A program made the translations under genes and the position numbers. A DNA stretch of 64,000 bases from the human T2T-CHM13v2.0 reference genome, Homo sapiens: assembly GCF_009914755.1 (NCBI RefSeq), contig NC_060945.1. One strand, given 5' to 3'. Shown piece after piece: positions 40,461-58,100 of the stretch. The notes under the pieces were generated by a model that ran no database searches, was not told where the DNA came from, and saw nothing but the letters and a program-made list of their open reading frames with translations. The first letter of the stretch is position 1; every line of letters starts with the position of its first letter.

Positions 40461-42792
40461 GAATTCTGTGTTCTTAATGGGGGTCAAAGGGAAAGCCCAC
40501 CTGGCTGTGGATGGGAACGTTTTGCAAATGTCCTTGAATATCTGCCCAACCAATCGTGCTCCAAAGAGGTATATTTGGGCAGGGAATGAAGACCTAGAGG
40601 CAGATGTTGGCTGTCTCTTGAGTAGTTGAAGCCTGGACTTGGAGTGGGAGAGCCATGCTCAGGGCTCTCTCACTGCTGTGGGTGAGGTCACTCCTGGGGC
40701 AGGAGGAGGCTGAGCCCCCATGGAAAGCAGGGGTTGCTCACATCAAGTTCCCTTCAAGGGCCCCAAACTTTCAGGGAGGCCTGGTGCCTGTTACATCCCT
40801 GGGAGGGATCTGAGGGAGGGCTCCATGCCCTGGGATGGGACAGAGAGGCAAGGCAAGGAGAAGGAGGCTGACCTCGAGAGGCTGAGATGCAACCTGCAAA
40901 AGAGGACAGCAGTGCCCAAGTCAGGTGGGTGGAGGGGCCACCACCCCAGGGGCACGCTGTGGGCTGAGCCAGCCTTTCCTAAGGGCCAGGGAGGGCATCT
41001 GTAAATGCACAGACCCAGATGTGTGAGATCTGAACACCAAAGGCAAGATGGTCTCGCATGCGAGGGTTGTCTGGAACATCTGGGAACTGGGATGTGGCCG
41101 AAACCATCGTTTGGTCCATGCTGTTCCGACGTGAGCTTCGTGATCATGTCCCCGGCCTCCTGTCTCCAGCTGTGGGGTAGCTGCGCTGCTTTGGGATTGA
41201 GTCTGTTCTGACTGTGGGTTCAGGGATGGGTGCTCCCTGCAGTCCGCACCTGGTGTTTCCCTAGATGGAGGCCGACTCAGGTTGGGCGATCTGTCCCGAC
41301 CGCCGAGCTGCAGGAACAGTGAGTGCAGCTCTGGGAAGAGGCTTCCCCTCCCACAGAGAGCGTGGGCAAGGTGACCTTTCTCCCTCCTGGTCTGACATGG
41401 TCATGCACAGACCTGGGCTGTGGCAGCCTCCAGGCAAAGCCCATGCAGGGAAGATGGCAGAGCTGGGGAAACCCCTGAGAAAGGGAACCACGTCCAACCA
41501 TCTCTGGTTTTTTCTGGTTTTGCAAAAGCCAGTTGGGGTTGGTCTTTCTGTAACCCACAGCTGAATGTGTCTCACTTGGTCCTGGTGGGACTCCCGTCCA
41601 CCAGAGTGACATAACCGGTTGCAGGTCACCCAACAGCAGGTGCTTGTGATGGCTTACCCTCAGGTTGGCTGAGGGCCTGGCCCTGTATAGTCCAGGGATT
41701 CTGATAGAATGATTGCATTGGATCAGCCACGTGGCGGCAGGTGATTCCCTGCTCAGCATCCGAACCCTCTGCTACCCCCGCAGGGTCCTGCGGCCCCACT
41801 CACAGGTGCCCTGTGAGGAGGAGGTGGAGCGAGAGGAGAGGGGACTGGGCCCGACACTCACTGATCTTGAATGCGGCCCATGGGCCAGGTGTGGAGGAGC
41901 AGGAGGCAGGTGTCATTGTCACCCTTCCACACTCAGCAGATGGACTCCAGAGGCTGAGGCCCCTGGGCCAGTGGCAGGGTGGAATTCAGCAGAGGCTTCT
42001 GTTTCCAAAGCAGGAGCCAACCGTTCTTTCAAGACTGGGTCTGCCCCAGGCCTCCATACCCTGCTGGTCATTACGCAGCCACTCTAGCAATTAGACACCT
42101 GGGAATCAGGTACCCAGGGCTGTTTTCTGTAAAGCCCTATTAAAATATTCATGAACTCCATGAATTCTCCCCGTGCTGGGGGCTCTTTTCTTGTGGCCTC
42201 GGGTGCAGCTGGTGCTGGCTCTGTGCAGGTCTCTGGTTTTATTGACTGGGTTGGTCCTTGGCCTCATCCTTCCGTGGCTCCATTTTCCCGCCCGCCCATC
42301 CCCTGGCCACCGCTCTGAGGGCTGCCGTGGGTCCTGCTGTTATGGGTCTTGTGCCACGTGCACCATAGCTAGCTGAGCAGTTGAAGCCCCATGGATGGTG
42401 TTGGGCCCAGGGCTTGGCTCCACAGGACACTCAGGCCAGCCCTGGGGTCTGCTGGGGCTGCTGCCCAGGATTCCTGGCAGTGCCGATGCGGTCAGTGCCT
42501 GGGAACCTTTACTGCAAGACAGTGTGCAGATACAGTGCAGGTCTCCTAGGGAGTCCAGACAGGCCTGAGGCGGCAGCTGGAGGCTCCTCAGCAGGGACTG
42601 GGCCCTGAGTCACAGGCTCATGTGCTCGGCTCGGAGCAGGAGTCAAGAGGTTTCCGCCTCTGCTTAGCCCCTGACTCACTGAGGCCTCCCTGGACCTCGG
42701 TTTCTTCTTCTGTGACATAATGGACTGGGGTGGGTTTGGAGGATCAAGGACACCTCTGAAAATATGATCAGAAGACATGGACTCATTTCTAG

Positions 42793-43132
42793 GCACACAC
42801 ACATGAACATACAACACAAGCATGCATACACAGTGCACACATGCATGCCTATGGGCATACATACATGAACACACACACGCACATGTACAACACACGCACA
42901 CAGTGCACACACATGAGCACACACACGAACACATACACACATGTACATACAGTGCACACACGAGCACACATTCATGAGCAATAGACACATGCACACAACA
43001 GACATGCACACAGTGCACACATGCATGCACATGAGCACACACAGATACATACATGAATGCACATACATGCATACATGTGCTCACATGCAATGCACACACA
43101 CATGTGTACACACAGGCACATTCACATACACT
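42793..43132. repeat. CA/CATG-rich low-complexity tract
   Basis: Repeated CACATG and CAGTGCACAC motifs. Confidence 0.85.
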
Positions 43133-43282
43133 CAGGGAGTGTGTGGGCTGGGGCAAGCTTGTGCATAGATCCCAGGATCAAAACCTTGAGATCTTTTCCC
43201 AGCTGTGCTCACATCCCATGGGTGGCTCATGAAATTAATTCAGTGGGTCTCCACCAGCATCTTTAAAGAAGGAATAGAATAG

Positions 43283-43834
<552 letters not shown>

Positions 43835-44439
43835 GAACGTTACTTTCATTTCCTGATGTTTGAGGTGTGGTCTCTTCTGGTTCCTTTTTTATTTGATTTG
43901 ATTTTCTAATTCATCTACTTGAGGGCTGAGAACGTCTCTTCTCTTCCTCTTCCTCTTCCCCCGCCCCCACCACCCTTCTTAACTCCTCTTCTCTCTTTTC
44001 TGTGTGCAGAGACATTAGGCCGATGCTCTCCCGGCCCCCTTGGTAATTGTACCAGTTGGCAGCCTTGCCTCTGCGTCCCTGTGGGAAGCTTGGCTCGGCC
44101 GGGAGCTCTTTGGCGTGGCAGAGCTCCCTCCCGGCCCCCACCGGGTCTGGGAGGATCTTGCATTTTACAGAGTGCCCATGCCAACCTCCCTTGGCAAGCT
44201 CGTGGTGTTTCTCTGCATTTGCCAAGAAATGGAGCAAAACCCAACTCAGTTTGCTGGGCTCTTCGGGGATACAGGAAAGAAAAAAGAATGGCTCCACACC
44301 CTTTCCCTGAACTTTCTGTACTCATTATTTTCTTCTGTCTGTCTATTTTTTGCTCTAAAATCACAGGGCTTTCGTTATTTGATGTCTTTCGTGTATAAAT
44401 ACACGTTGTCCCCAGACTACTGTTTTTTCAAACGCTTTT

Positions 44440-45810
<1,371 letters not shown>

Positions 45811-47187
45811 ATTTTTTATATCGATGGTTCTCTGCTGGGATGACTTTGCCTCCAAGCCCCTGCTGGCGGGGCTCTCAGACTGCAGCCCCTGTGAATACTC
45901 ACATGCCCAGCAATTGTCCCTTAGGTGCGGATGCCATGTGAGCCCCAGCCCTTGCCTGTGGACGTCCATGTCGTGCTGTTAACCCTGGTCATCCACAGTC
46001 TGAACCCTCCTCTGGTCCCTTCCTGATACAGGAAGTGCACTGGGCTCTTAGCCACAACTGCAGAAAGTGGGGCTGGGGTTCATTGCTTGTTTCTGGGGTC
46101 ACTGCCACTGTCAGTATCATCCCCCTACCCTGCAACAGCTCAGCCTGCTTGGGTCTAGGAGCTGCAGCGCTTTCTATCCCTTCCTCAAGACAGTGAGTGC
46201 CCACCTAGGCCACACTACCCAGGAGCCAGTGCTGCCGCCACCTCGACCCACCGTGCCCACCTCCTGGAAGAGGGCTGGCGGCATCTTGGACTAAAGGTCA
46301 CGTTGGCTTCCTGGGAATGCTGGCACACCTGTGGGCTGCCAAGGCCACTCCCAAGGGGCTGTGAGTTTTGACTGTGCTGGCACACACACCCCTCACGTGC
46401 ACACAGTGGGTGCCCCAGAAAACATGACAGTGGCACTCCTGTCACTACCCAGACCCCAGGGCAGGGTGCACAAAGCCTTGATTTAGAGATGCCACCTGGA
46501 AAGCCACAGCCCCAATCCATTCCTGTCAATCCAAACCTATTGGAAATAAGACATGGGACTCAGCACTTAGCAGCATCCTCATCAGACCTTCTGGTAAATG
46601 GAAGGATTTTTCTTTAACACATGGGTTTTCTGATGTCATTTTGCTTACAGTGGACTGATCAGGGCCACTGAAGGATGAGAGAGAGAATACATGGCAGGAA
46701 CAACGATTTCAACTCCAAGGAGAGGTGTGATGTGTGAAGGGGACAGGGGCAGAAGGAACAGGGTGTCAGGTGGGAGGGAGGGGTGTGGCCAGCACGGGGA
46801 GAGGAAGGGGAGGACTGCCAGTGCCTGGAGGGAGGCGACCCATTTCCATTAGAGGGGACCTCCCCTACCTCCTGGGCTCGATCCCATAATTAGCAGCAAA
46901 GGCAGCTGGCCAGGGCACGGTGCGCCGTACGGGTTTGAAATGGCAGCAGTGCCTCAAGCATTCTTCTCCGCACCTTTAGTCATTAGCTATTTGTTTCCTC
47001 CCCACAACAATTAGTGCTAATGTGACATGTGCTCATTTTTGTACGGGATAAAACTGCCATCCAGTGCGATTTGGTACAAATGAGTCAAACAAGACAGGCT
47101 CACCCTGAGCCTCCTCTTTTCTTTCTCCTGCTGGAGACCTCTCTCACCAGACACTCAGGTGTACCAGTACAGCAGCTTTGGACCTAA

Positions 47188-47922
47188 GTGGACTCCAGCA
47201 GCTCCATTAACCCAGAGCTTGCACCAACCCAGAATTTCCACCAAGCCAGAGTTTCCACCAATCCAGAGCTTGCATCAACCCAGAGCTTCCGCCAACCCAG
47301 AGCTTCCGCCAATCCAGAGCTTCCGCCAACCCAGAGCTTCCGCCAATCCAGAGCTTCCGCCAACCCAGAGCTTCCGCCAATCCAGAGCTTCCATCCAGAG
47401 CTTCTGCCAACCCAGAGCTTCCACCAATCCGATCTTCTGCCAGCCCAGAACTTCCGCCAACCCAGAGCTTCTGCCAACCCAGAGCTTCCACCAATCCAGA
47501 TCTTCTGCTAGCCCAGAGCTTCTGCCAACCCAGAGCTTCCGCCAGCCCCAAGCTTCTGCCAACCCAGAGCGTGCACCAACCCAGAGCTTCCACCAACCCA
47601 GGGCTTCTGCCAATCTAGAGCTTCTGCCAACCCAGAGCTTCTGCCCAGAGCTTCCGTCAAACCAGAGCTTCCACCAACCCAGAGCTTTTGCCAACCCAGA
47701 GCTTCTGCCCAGAGCTTCTGCCAGCCCAGAGCTTCCATCAACCCAGAGCTCGCACCAACCTATAGCTTCTGCCAACCTACAGCTTCCACCAACCCAGAGC
47801 TTCCATCAACCCAGAGCTTGCACCAACCCAGAGCTTCTGCCAATGCAAAGCTTCCACCAAGCTAGAGCTTCCACCAACCACGAGCTTCCACCAACCACGA
47901 GCTTCCACCAACCCACAGCTTG
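47188..47922. repeat. 17-bp minisatellite (CAGAGCTTCCGCCAACC), roughly 40 copies
   Basis: 17-nt period read directly; the overlapping ORF shows the expected 17-aa period QPRASANPELPPTQSFR. Confidence 0.95.
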
Positions 47923-48059
47923 CAGCTCAGTCTCCAGAAAGGGGGGAGCTGCTCTGTGGGTGGCATTCGTTCCAGGTGCGACCCTGAGGGGATGGCCAGG
48001 CTGGGGGCTGTGCTTACTTTCCAGAGGGCAAGAGGAGACAAACCAGGGCCTGGGGCTAT

Positions 48060-48513
48060 ACACACATGCACGCGTGTGCGCACACACACACACACAGGAC
48101 ACATCACACACACCCAGACACACACACACACACGCACTGCACACATCACACACCCAGACACACACACACACGCACTGCACACATCACACACCCAGAGACA
48201 CACACACACACAGGACACATCACACACACCCAGACACACACACACTCTGCAAACATCACACACACTGCACACATCACACACCCAGACACACACACACACG
48301 CACTGCACACATCACACACCCAGACACACACACACACGCACTGCACACATCACACACCCAGACACACACACACACGCACTGCACACATCACACACCCAGA
48401 CACACACACACACGCACTGCACACATCACACACCCAGACACACACACACACTGCACACATCACACAGATACCACACACACTGCACACACCTCATGACACA
48501 CACACACTCACAC
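48060..48513. repeat. 38-bp CA-rich minisatellite
   Basis: GCACTGCACACATCACACACCCAGACACACACACACAC recurs at 48300, 48338 and onward. Confidence 0.92.
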
Positions 48514-51204
48514 AATGCCTTCTCCATGGCCAGGGGACCTGGGGCCTATGCCTGTGCCCGTGCCTCTCTGTCTGGGGGCCTGCCTGTAGGATGGTGGCCT
48601 CCTGAGGCTGGGCTGCATGGCAGCGTGTGGGACCAGGTGTCTGAGCTCCATCCTCCTGGCCGCCACCACCACGCTGCTGGTGAGCTGGGGCGGCCAGAAC
48701 TCAGCACCATGGTCCGGGCGTTCAGCAGCAACTTGGATTCCTCATTGCTCTGCGGCTGGGCATCCCACAGCCGGGACGGGGGCTTGGGCCTGGCGAGGCC
48801 CCTCCTGGTTCCCACAGGGTCCTCAGAGCAGGGGCTGGCTCTGCTGTCCCTTCCTCACCTTAGGAGGGCACCCACCCTGCGGGCTCAGGACCACTGCACG
48901 ATTGGGTCTTACCCTAGCGCTTCTCCACAGCTCCCTCTCCAGACACAGCTCCCTGGGGAGGAAGGGCTGCCAGCAGGGTTCTGGTGACACAGCCACCTGC
49001 CCTGCAGCTGTGGCCTCTAGGCCCTGCTCTGCACCCCTCTGGCTGCTTCCTGGTGTGGATCCTGGGGCCTCTGGGCTTCCCCAGATGTCTCAGAATCGAA
49101 TCAGCTTCCCTCCCTCCCAGTAGCAAACCTCAGAATGATTCAGCCCCAGGAACCTCCGGACGCTGCTGTTGCCTGGGCCCATCCATCCCCGCCAACAACC
49201 CTGCCAAGCCTGCTCCCTCCTTTCCCCTCCCATGAGAGGAGCCGTCCCCGCCTGGCCTTCCGGAAGCTTGTGGGCCTCTTGGATGGAGCATCCTGCCTCT
49301 CAGTGTTCTTTCCGATAAAGCCCCCTCGCCTATATGCTGATTTGTTTCATTTGACACCCATCAAAGGGCATCTGGGTCCCCTACCCAGGGCTGTCAAAGT
49401 TGACCCTTCTCTGGAACTGGCTGATTTGATCACCTGGGCCACCTGAAGGAGTGGGGGGACTGATGTGTGCCCCGTGCATTTAGAAGCAAGGAGGAGGGGA
49501 CGGGAACTGCTGTTTCCTAGAATGGTTCTGTGATGCTGGCCTGCCTGCTGCAGTGGGGAAAGAGGACGTTCTTGCGGACCTTGACCTCCATGCCGGCAGC
49601 CGGACCCCGGAGGCGAGAGTGACTCTGCTGCACCCTGGACGCACCTCCCCCCTCCTCATTTCTCAGGCCTCCTCCACCCTTTGTGCTGTGGGGAGGGAAA
49701 TAACTAGAGACATCGTCACATTGCATGTGACGGGAAGGTGACATTCTGGTCTCAGAGCCTGAGGCTGATGGCCTGTGGGGAAATTTCAGGGGAGCACAGA
49801 GAGGAAGAAAGGAGAACGGAAACCCGTCCAGGGGCCCCAGCCGGCCCTTTGCAAACAGAGGCAGGGTCAGGCGAAACCGAGGGCCAGGTCGCAGATGAAG
49901 GCTGGAGTCTGAGGTCTGGGGCCTGGGATCAGCCTGTTTTAGCTGCTGCTCGGGTGCTTTCTGCGGAGGGGGCTCATCACACTCTCCACCCATGGGTGCA
50001 TTCGCATGTGGGGCACTGCTCGTGGCTGAGACCAGGGTTTGGCTCCAGTGACTATTTGTAGGTGGCCTTTCCTCTGTGTCTGATCCCCAGCTCGTGGCTG
50101 CTGTGCCTTAGTGGTGTTCCATTCCTTCCTCACGGCAGCAGCCCTCTGGTCTCAGCGGAGAGCAGGGGACATGTCCCCCCAGGACGGGCTCCTGCTTGCT
50201 CCCGAGGGGCGCCTTGGCAGGGCGGACATTGGAAGCTGAATGCGGAGGAAGCATCCGGAAGCGGCGCTCTTGGCCTCAGCCCTCCTGTCCTGGGGTGAGT
50301 CAGGATCTCTGCTGGGGAGGGCTCTGGGGAGACAGCTCTGGAATCCTCTCTGCTGGGTTCATGCAGGGCCAAGCCTGGGTTTGACCTTCATGCATGAAGG
50401 AAGGAAAGCGGGTGGAACAGCTGCGGACGTGGAGGCAGTGGCGACAACGGACTTGACTTTAACTGGAAGCTCAGGAATACTGTGGTCGTGCTGTCAAATC
50501 TCTGTTATCTCCGAAGGGGCAGCGGGGAGGTTCCCTTGTGTCAGGACAGACGGGAGGTGTGCGGGGGAGGCCGGGGGAGGCGGGTGTCTGGACTGGGGTC
50601 TGAGCAGCGCTTCAGGGAGGAGGGGGCCTAGCAGGGCAGGAAATGGCCAGATGTTGTTCTGCAGCCCCGTGGATAGGGGTCCTGGGGACAGGAGAAGCCC
50701 TTGACAGTGTCAAATAGAAAACAAATCTGGACGTAAGTCACGGGGGAATGTATTAGAAAGGATATTGCGAGAAAGCGTGGGGCCCATTGCACCAGGGAGG
50801 GCATGCCCACTTTCAGAGCGGGGAGTGCCTGAGGGTTGGGGAAGAGTGAACAGAGGGAGAGAGACTGAGCGGTGGGAGGTGGGGAAGGAAGGGGCGGGAA
50901 GGGGCCATGAGGAGAGAAGATCTGATCTGAGGCCCTCCTTTTCACAGAGGGGTTGGCTGTGGGACGAAGCCCCTTCCTAGCTCCTGGCTATCTCTTTAGG
51001 TGTCTTTTGAGTTTCACTTGTCACTGTGAAATGTCTCGTTCGTTTGGTGTTTACTAGTTCATTTCCTTTTAAACAAAGGAATTTTTCCCTCGCAGGATGC
51101 TCTACAAGTCACCAGCAGGCATGTGGAGTCACTGTTGGAGTCAGGCATCCACTCCAGTGAACTGGAGGAGAAGGGCTAGGGTCGAGGAGTATAAAACATG
51201 GTAG

Positions 51205-51612
<408 letters not shown>

Positions 51613-52159
51613 TAGGTCTAATCAAATGTTCCTGAAATTTGACTTTACAAAGATCTGCTAATTCAGAAGAAAGCGCTTTACTCCCAGAACTGTGAAGCCC
51701 TGCAATGGACAGACCCAGGTTACTCTACTCAACTGTGGCTTTTCCAGGAACCGCATCCATGGGAAATCCCAACTTCATCCCACTTTAGGGAGAGCCACAC
51801 ATTTGTACATTCTGCATTTTACTTTTTGTATTTTTGAAAGAAGGAGCAAATACGGTCACATAAAGTAACAAAACAACGATTGTTAGAAGGGCTTTGCATG
51901 AATCCCTTATTGTTCTGCTCTGCAACCTGACTTGGCCTCTATTCCTGGATGGCCACACCCAGATTTGTTCCCTCTTCGTCAAGCCAAGCCCAGGGGCTCT
52001 TGTATATCCCTGTCAGCCTCCCAGGATCCGGCACTGGCAGGCGCTTAGCACGTATCTGTCACAGGTGGTTTAATTATCTGTTTGGACCTTCTCAAGTTAC
52101 AATTCTAAGGAGTCCCAAGGAAGTAAAGTGATTTTAAAAACACAGAAAACAGTTTTCAG

Positions 52160-54890
<2,731 letters not shown>

Positions 54891-55364
54891 AGTATTTCAG
54901 AAGCTAAGAGCTATACCATTTACCTGTCTATCTACTTTAAGGAACAGTGATAATTAATGTTCATAAAAATGAATTGAGGTGCTGAAAAAATCCTTATAAG
55001 GCATAAGACATGCCTTATATGTATGTCTTCAGAAAATTAAATGTAAAATAGGTATAATGTTAATATTTTATGAAATGTGCAAATGTACTCAAAATTGAGA
55101 GAGTAGTTCAAAGAAACCCATCCATATACCCGCCACTCAAATTTCACAATTATCAAGAATATAGGATATTTGCTTCACCAATTCAGTTGTTTTTTTTCTC
55201 TATGCGGAAAAATTTTGAAGCAGACCTCCAATACTATACGATTTTACTGCTGCATATTATAGTTTGCCTCTGTAAAAACTGGATATTTTCTCGAGTGATC
55301 CCAATTCCATGGTCACACTTACTGTAAGTCATAGTAATTTTTTGTGATCATAAGATCTTGGAGC

Positions 55365-56432
55365 TGTTGCAGTAGGGGGGAAACCTCAGTGCAGAACTAA
55401 GCTCAGCTCTAAATACAGCAAAGACAGCTGGGAATTCATAGCCAAAGAGCAAAGCAAAGGGGTCAGTGGATGGAAAAGTACTAACAGGAACTTAATTCCA
55501 TGTTTTATTAGTTTGCTAGCGCCACCAAAATAAAATCCACAGGCTGGATGGACATTAAATAACAGAAATTTATTCTCTCACAGTTTTGGAGGCTGGAAGT
55601 CCAAGATCAAGGTGTCATCAGGTTTGGTTTCTTCTGAGCCCTCTCTCCTTAACTGTCTTCTCCCTATGTCCTCACATGATCTTCCCTTTGTGTGTGCACA
55701 TGTCTGTGTCTCCTAATTTCCTCTTCTTATAAAGACACCAATCATATTGGATTAGGTCTCATTCATATCACATTATACTTTAATAAATTATTTTATTTTT
55801 TAGTTTTTTATTTATTGATTTTTGAAACAAGGTCTTACTCTGCTGCCCAGGCTAGAGTGCAGTGGTGTGATTACAGCTCACCAGGCTCCCTGGGGTCAGG
55901 TGATTCTCCCACCTCAGGGACTACAGGCACATGCCACCATGCCTGGCTAATTTTTGTATTTTTTTGTAGAGATGGGGTTTTGCCATGTTACCCAGACTGG
56001 TCTCTGTCTTCTGGGCTCAAGCAATCCACCGACCTCAGCCTCCCAATGTGCTGAGGTTACAGTTGTGAGCCACTATGCCCAGCCCTTAATAAATAATTTA
56101 AAGAATGTATCTTTAGATATAGTCACATTCTGAGGTACTACAGGTTAGGAATTTAACATGTAAATTTTGGGGAGACACAATTCAGCCATAACAGACATCA
56201 AGGGTAGGAAGGTTCTTGCTAAAGGCAGGGCAATGACCTAGATATCAAAGGTTGGGGATGAGGGATTTGACCAGATACCAAAGATGGAGGGATTCTCACT
56301 AAGCTGACCTAACTCGTTTCTTGCTAAAACTGGGCTCATCAGCCCAAGGGTGTGGAGGGCTAAGGTTGAGGCCTAGTTGAGAAGGGGGCTCAAAGAAGAC
56401 TAAAGTTTGGTCAAGGAGGGTGTCTTTGTCAA
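55365..56432 (-). mobile_element. ERV1 LTR (MER31-like) interrupted by an MLT1A-like LTR (about 55500-56193), itself interrupted by an AluJ (about 55790-56085)
   Basis: GGTCAGTGGATGGAAAAGTACTAA continues as GACATCAAGGGTAGG...CTAAAGTTTGGTCAAGGAG..TCTTTGTCA. Confidence 0.6.
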
Positions 56433-56589
56433 AGGAGACCTCCCCATTTTCAACCAAATCCCCTGTTTCAACTTTCAACTCTCTCCTTCACCCCACCTTC
56501 CATAATACCTGATATATCCAATCCTGAGCCATTCTGGGATTCTGAAGTATATCCCGAAGTAGAAACTGAGTGTCTGTGAAAGGCAAACA

Positions 56590-58100
56590 CATCTTGTCTT
56601 TGTTTTTTTGAAATGACTTTTGTTCCTCCTTGCTGAAGAACAGTTTAGCTGGGTATAAAAATTCCAGGTTGGTAGTAATTTTTCTTCAGCATGTTGTTAC
56701 ATCACTTTCAAGTCTTTTGGAAAGACTTGGAATATTGTTCTTAATGAGTCCATTGGCAGGTTTTTTCTCCTTTTTAGGAAATCTGTCTTTCTCCTAGTAG
56801 CTTTTAATAATTTTGTTTTTTTATTATCATGGATGTTTGTTTTTATTTATTCTGTTTGGCATTTGATGTGCCCTGAGTACTCATGTCTTCAATTCTGAAA
56901 AATTCTTAGCCATAACCTCTTCTTACAGTGCCACACTGATATTTCCTGTATTTTCTAAAATTGAAATTCCTAATAAGCTAATGTTAAATCTTCTCTATCT
57001 GGCTTCATCTTTTAACTTTTCTTTCATATTTTCCTTCTGTTGACATCTGTATATTATTGTCTCCATCAGTTTCTTGCTAAAAACTCCCAATTTACCAGTT
57101 CCCTCTTCTTTATGTAGTATTTATCCCACCCATTGAGATTTAAAAATAATTTCATGACCATATTTTTCATTTCTAACATTTTAAAATTGGTTCTTTCCTA
57201 TATTCTTCTGTCCTTCAAGATTTTTTTTTATTATTTTAATTTTTTTTGAGACACAGCCTCACTCTGTTGCTTAGGTTGGAAGTTGGAGTACAGTGGTGCA
57301 ATCATAGCTCACTGCAGCTTTGAACTCTCGTGCTCAAACATTCCTGCTGCTTCAGTCTCCTAATTAGCTGGGACTGCAGGCACATGCCACCATGTCCAGC
57401 TAATTTTCAAATTTTTTTTTTTTTTTTTTTTTTTGAGACGGAGTCTCGCTCTTTCACCCAGGCTGGACTTCAGTGGCGCTATCTCGGCTCACTGCAAGCT
57501 CTGCCTCCTGGGTTCACACCATTCTCCTGCCTCAGACTGCCGAGTAGCTGGGACTACAGGCGCCAACCACCGCGCCTGGCTAATTTTTTGTATTTTAAGT
57601 AGAGACAGGGTTTCACCATGTTAGCCAGGATGGTCTCGATCTCCTGACCTCGTGATCCGCCCACCTTGGCCTCCCAAAGTGCTGGGATTACAGGCATGAG
57701 CCACCGCACCTGGCCAATTTTCAAATTTTTTAATAGAGACAGGATCTTGCTATGTTTCCCAGACTGATCTTGAACTCCTGGGCTGAAGTGATCCTCCTGC
57801 CTTGGCCTCCCAAAGTGCTGGGATTACAGGTGTGAGCCACTGCACCTGGCCTCTATTCTTCTATTCTTTACTGATATCCTTTTTGGCTTGTTTGCAACTC
57901 TCTGAGGATTTTAAACATATATAAGGTTGTGACTCTTTTGGTTGGTTTATTGTTTTAATTTCTCCCATTTGTTGTGTTTATCGGCTGGGTTTCCTGATGT
58001 TGGTTTTTCTCATGTGTTCTGAAAGTTTAGTTTGTAAATTCACCTTAATTAGGTGTTTCCTTTTTTATTTTGCTTTTGCCTCTTCCCCACTGCTTGCCCC
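56590..58100 (-). mobile_element. Old L1M ORF1-region fragment, antisense
   Basis: TTTAGCTGGGTATAAAATTCCAGGTTGG, CAATTCTGAAAAATTCTTAGCCAT; T-rich. Confidence 0.65.
57221..57851 (-). mobile_element. AluJ with an AluY-like element (about 57411-57715) inserted in its linker
   Basis: AluY-diagnostic CTGCAAGCTC, CCATTCTCCTG and TTAGCCAGGATGG; TSD AATTTTCAAATTTTT. Confidence 0.9.

Noticed and set aside
47188-47922. CRISPR-like array or tandem heat-shock elements
   Set aside because: Units are head-to-tail with no unique spacers and there are no cas genes (eukaryotic DNA); AGAGCTTC does not fit nGAAnnTTCn.
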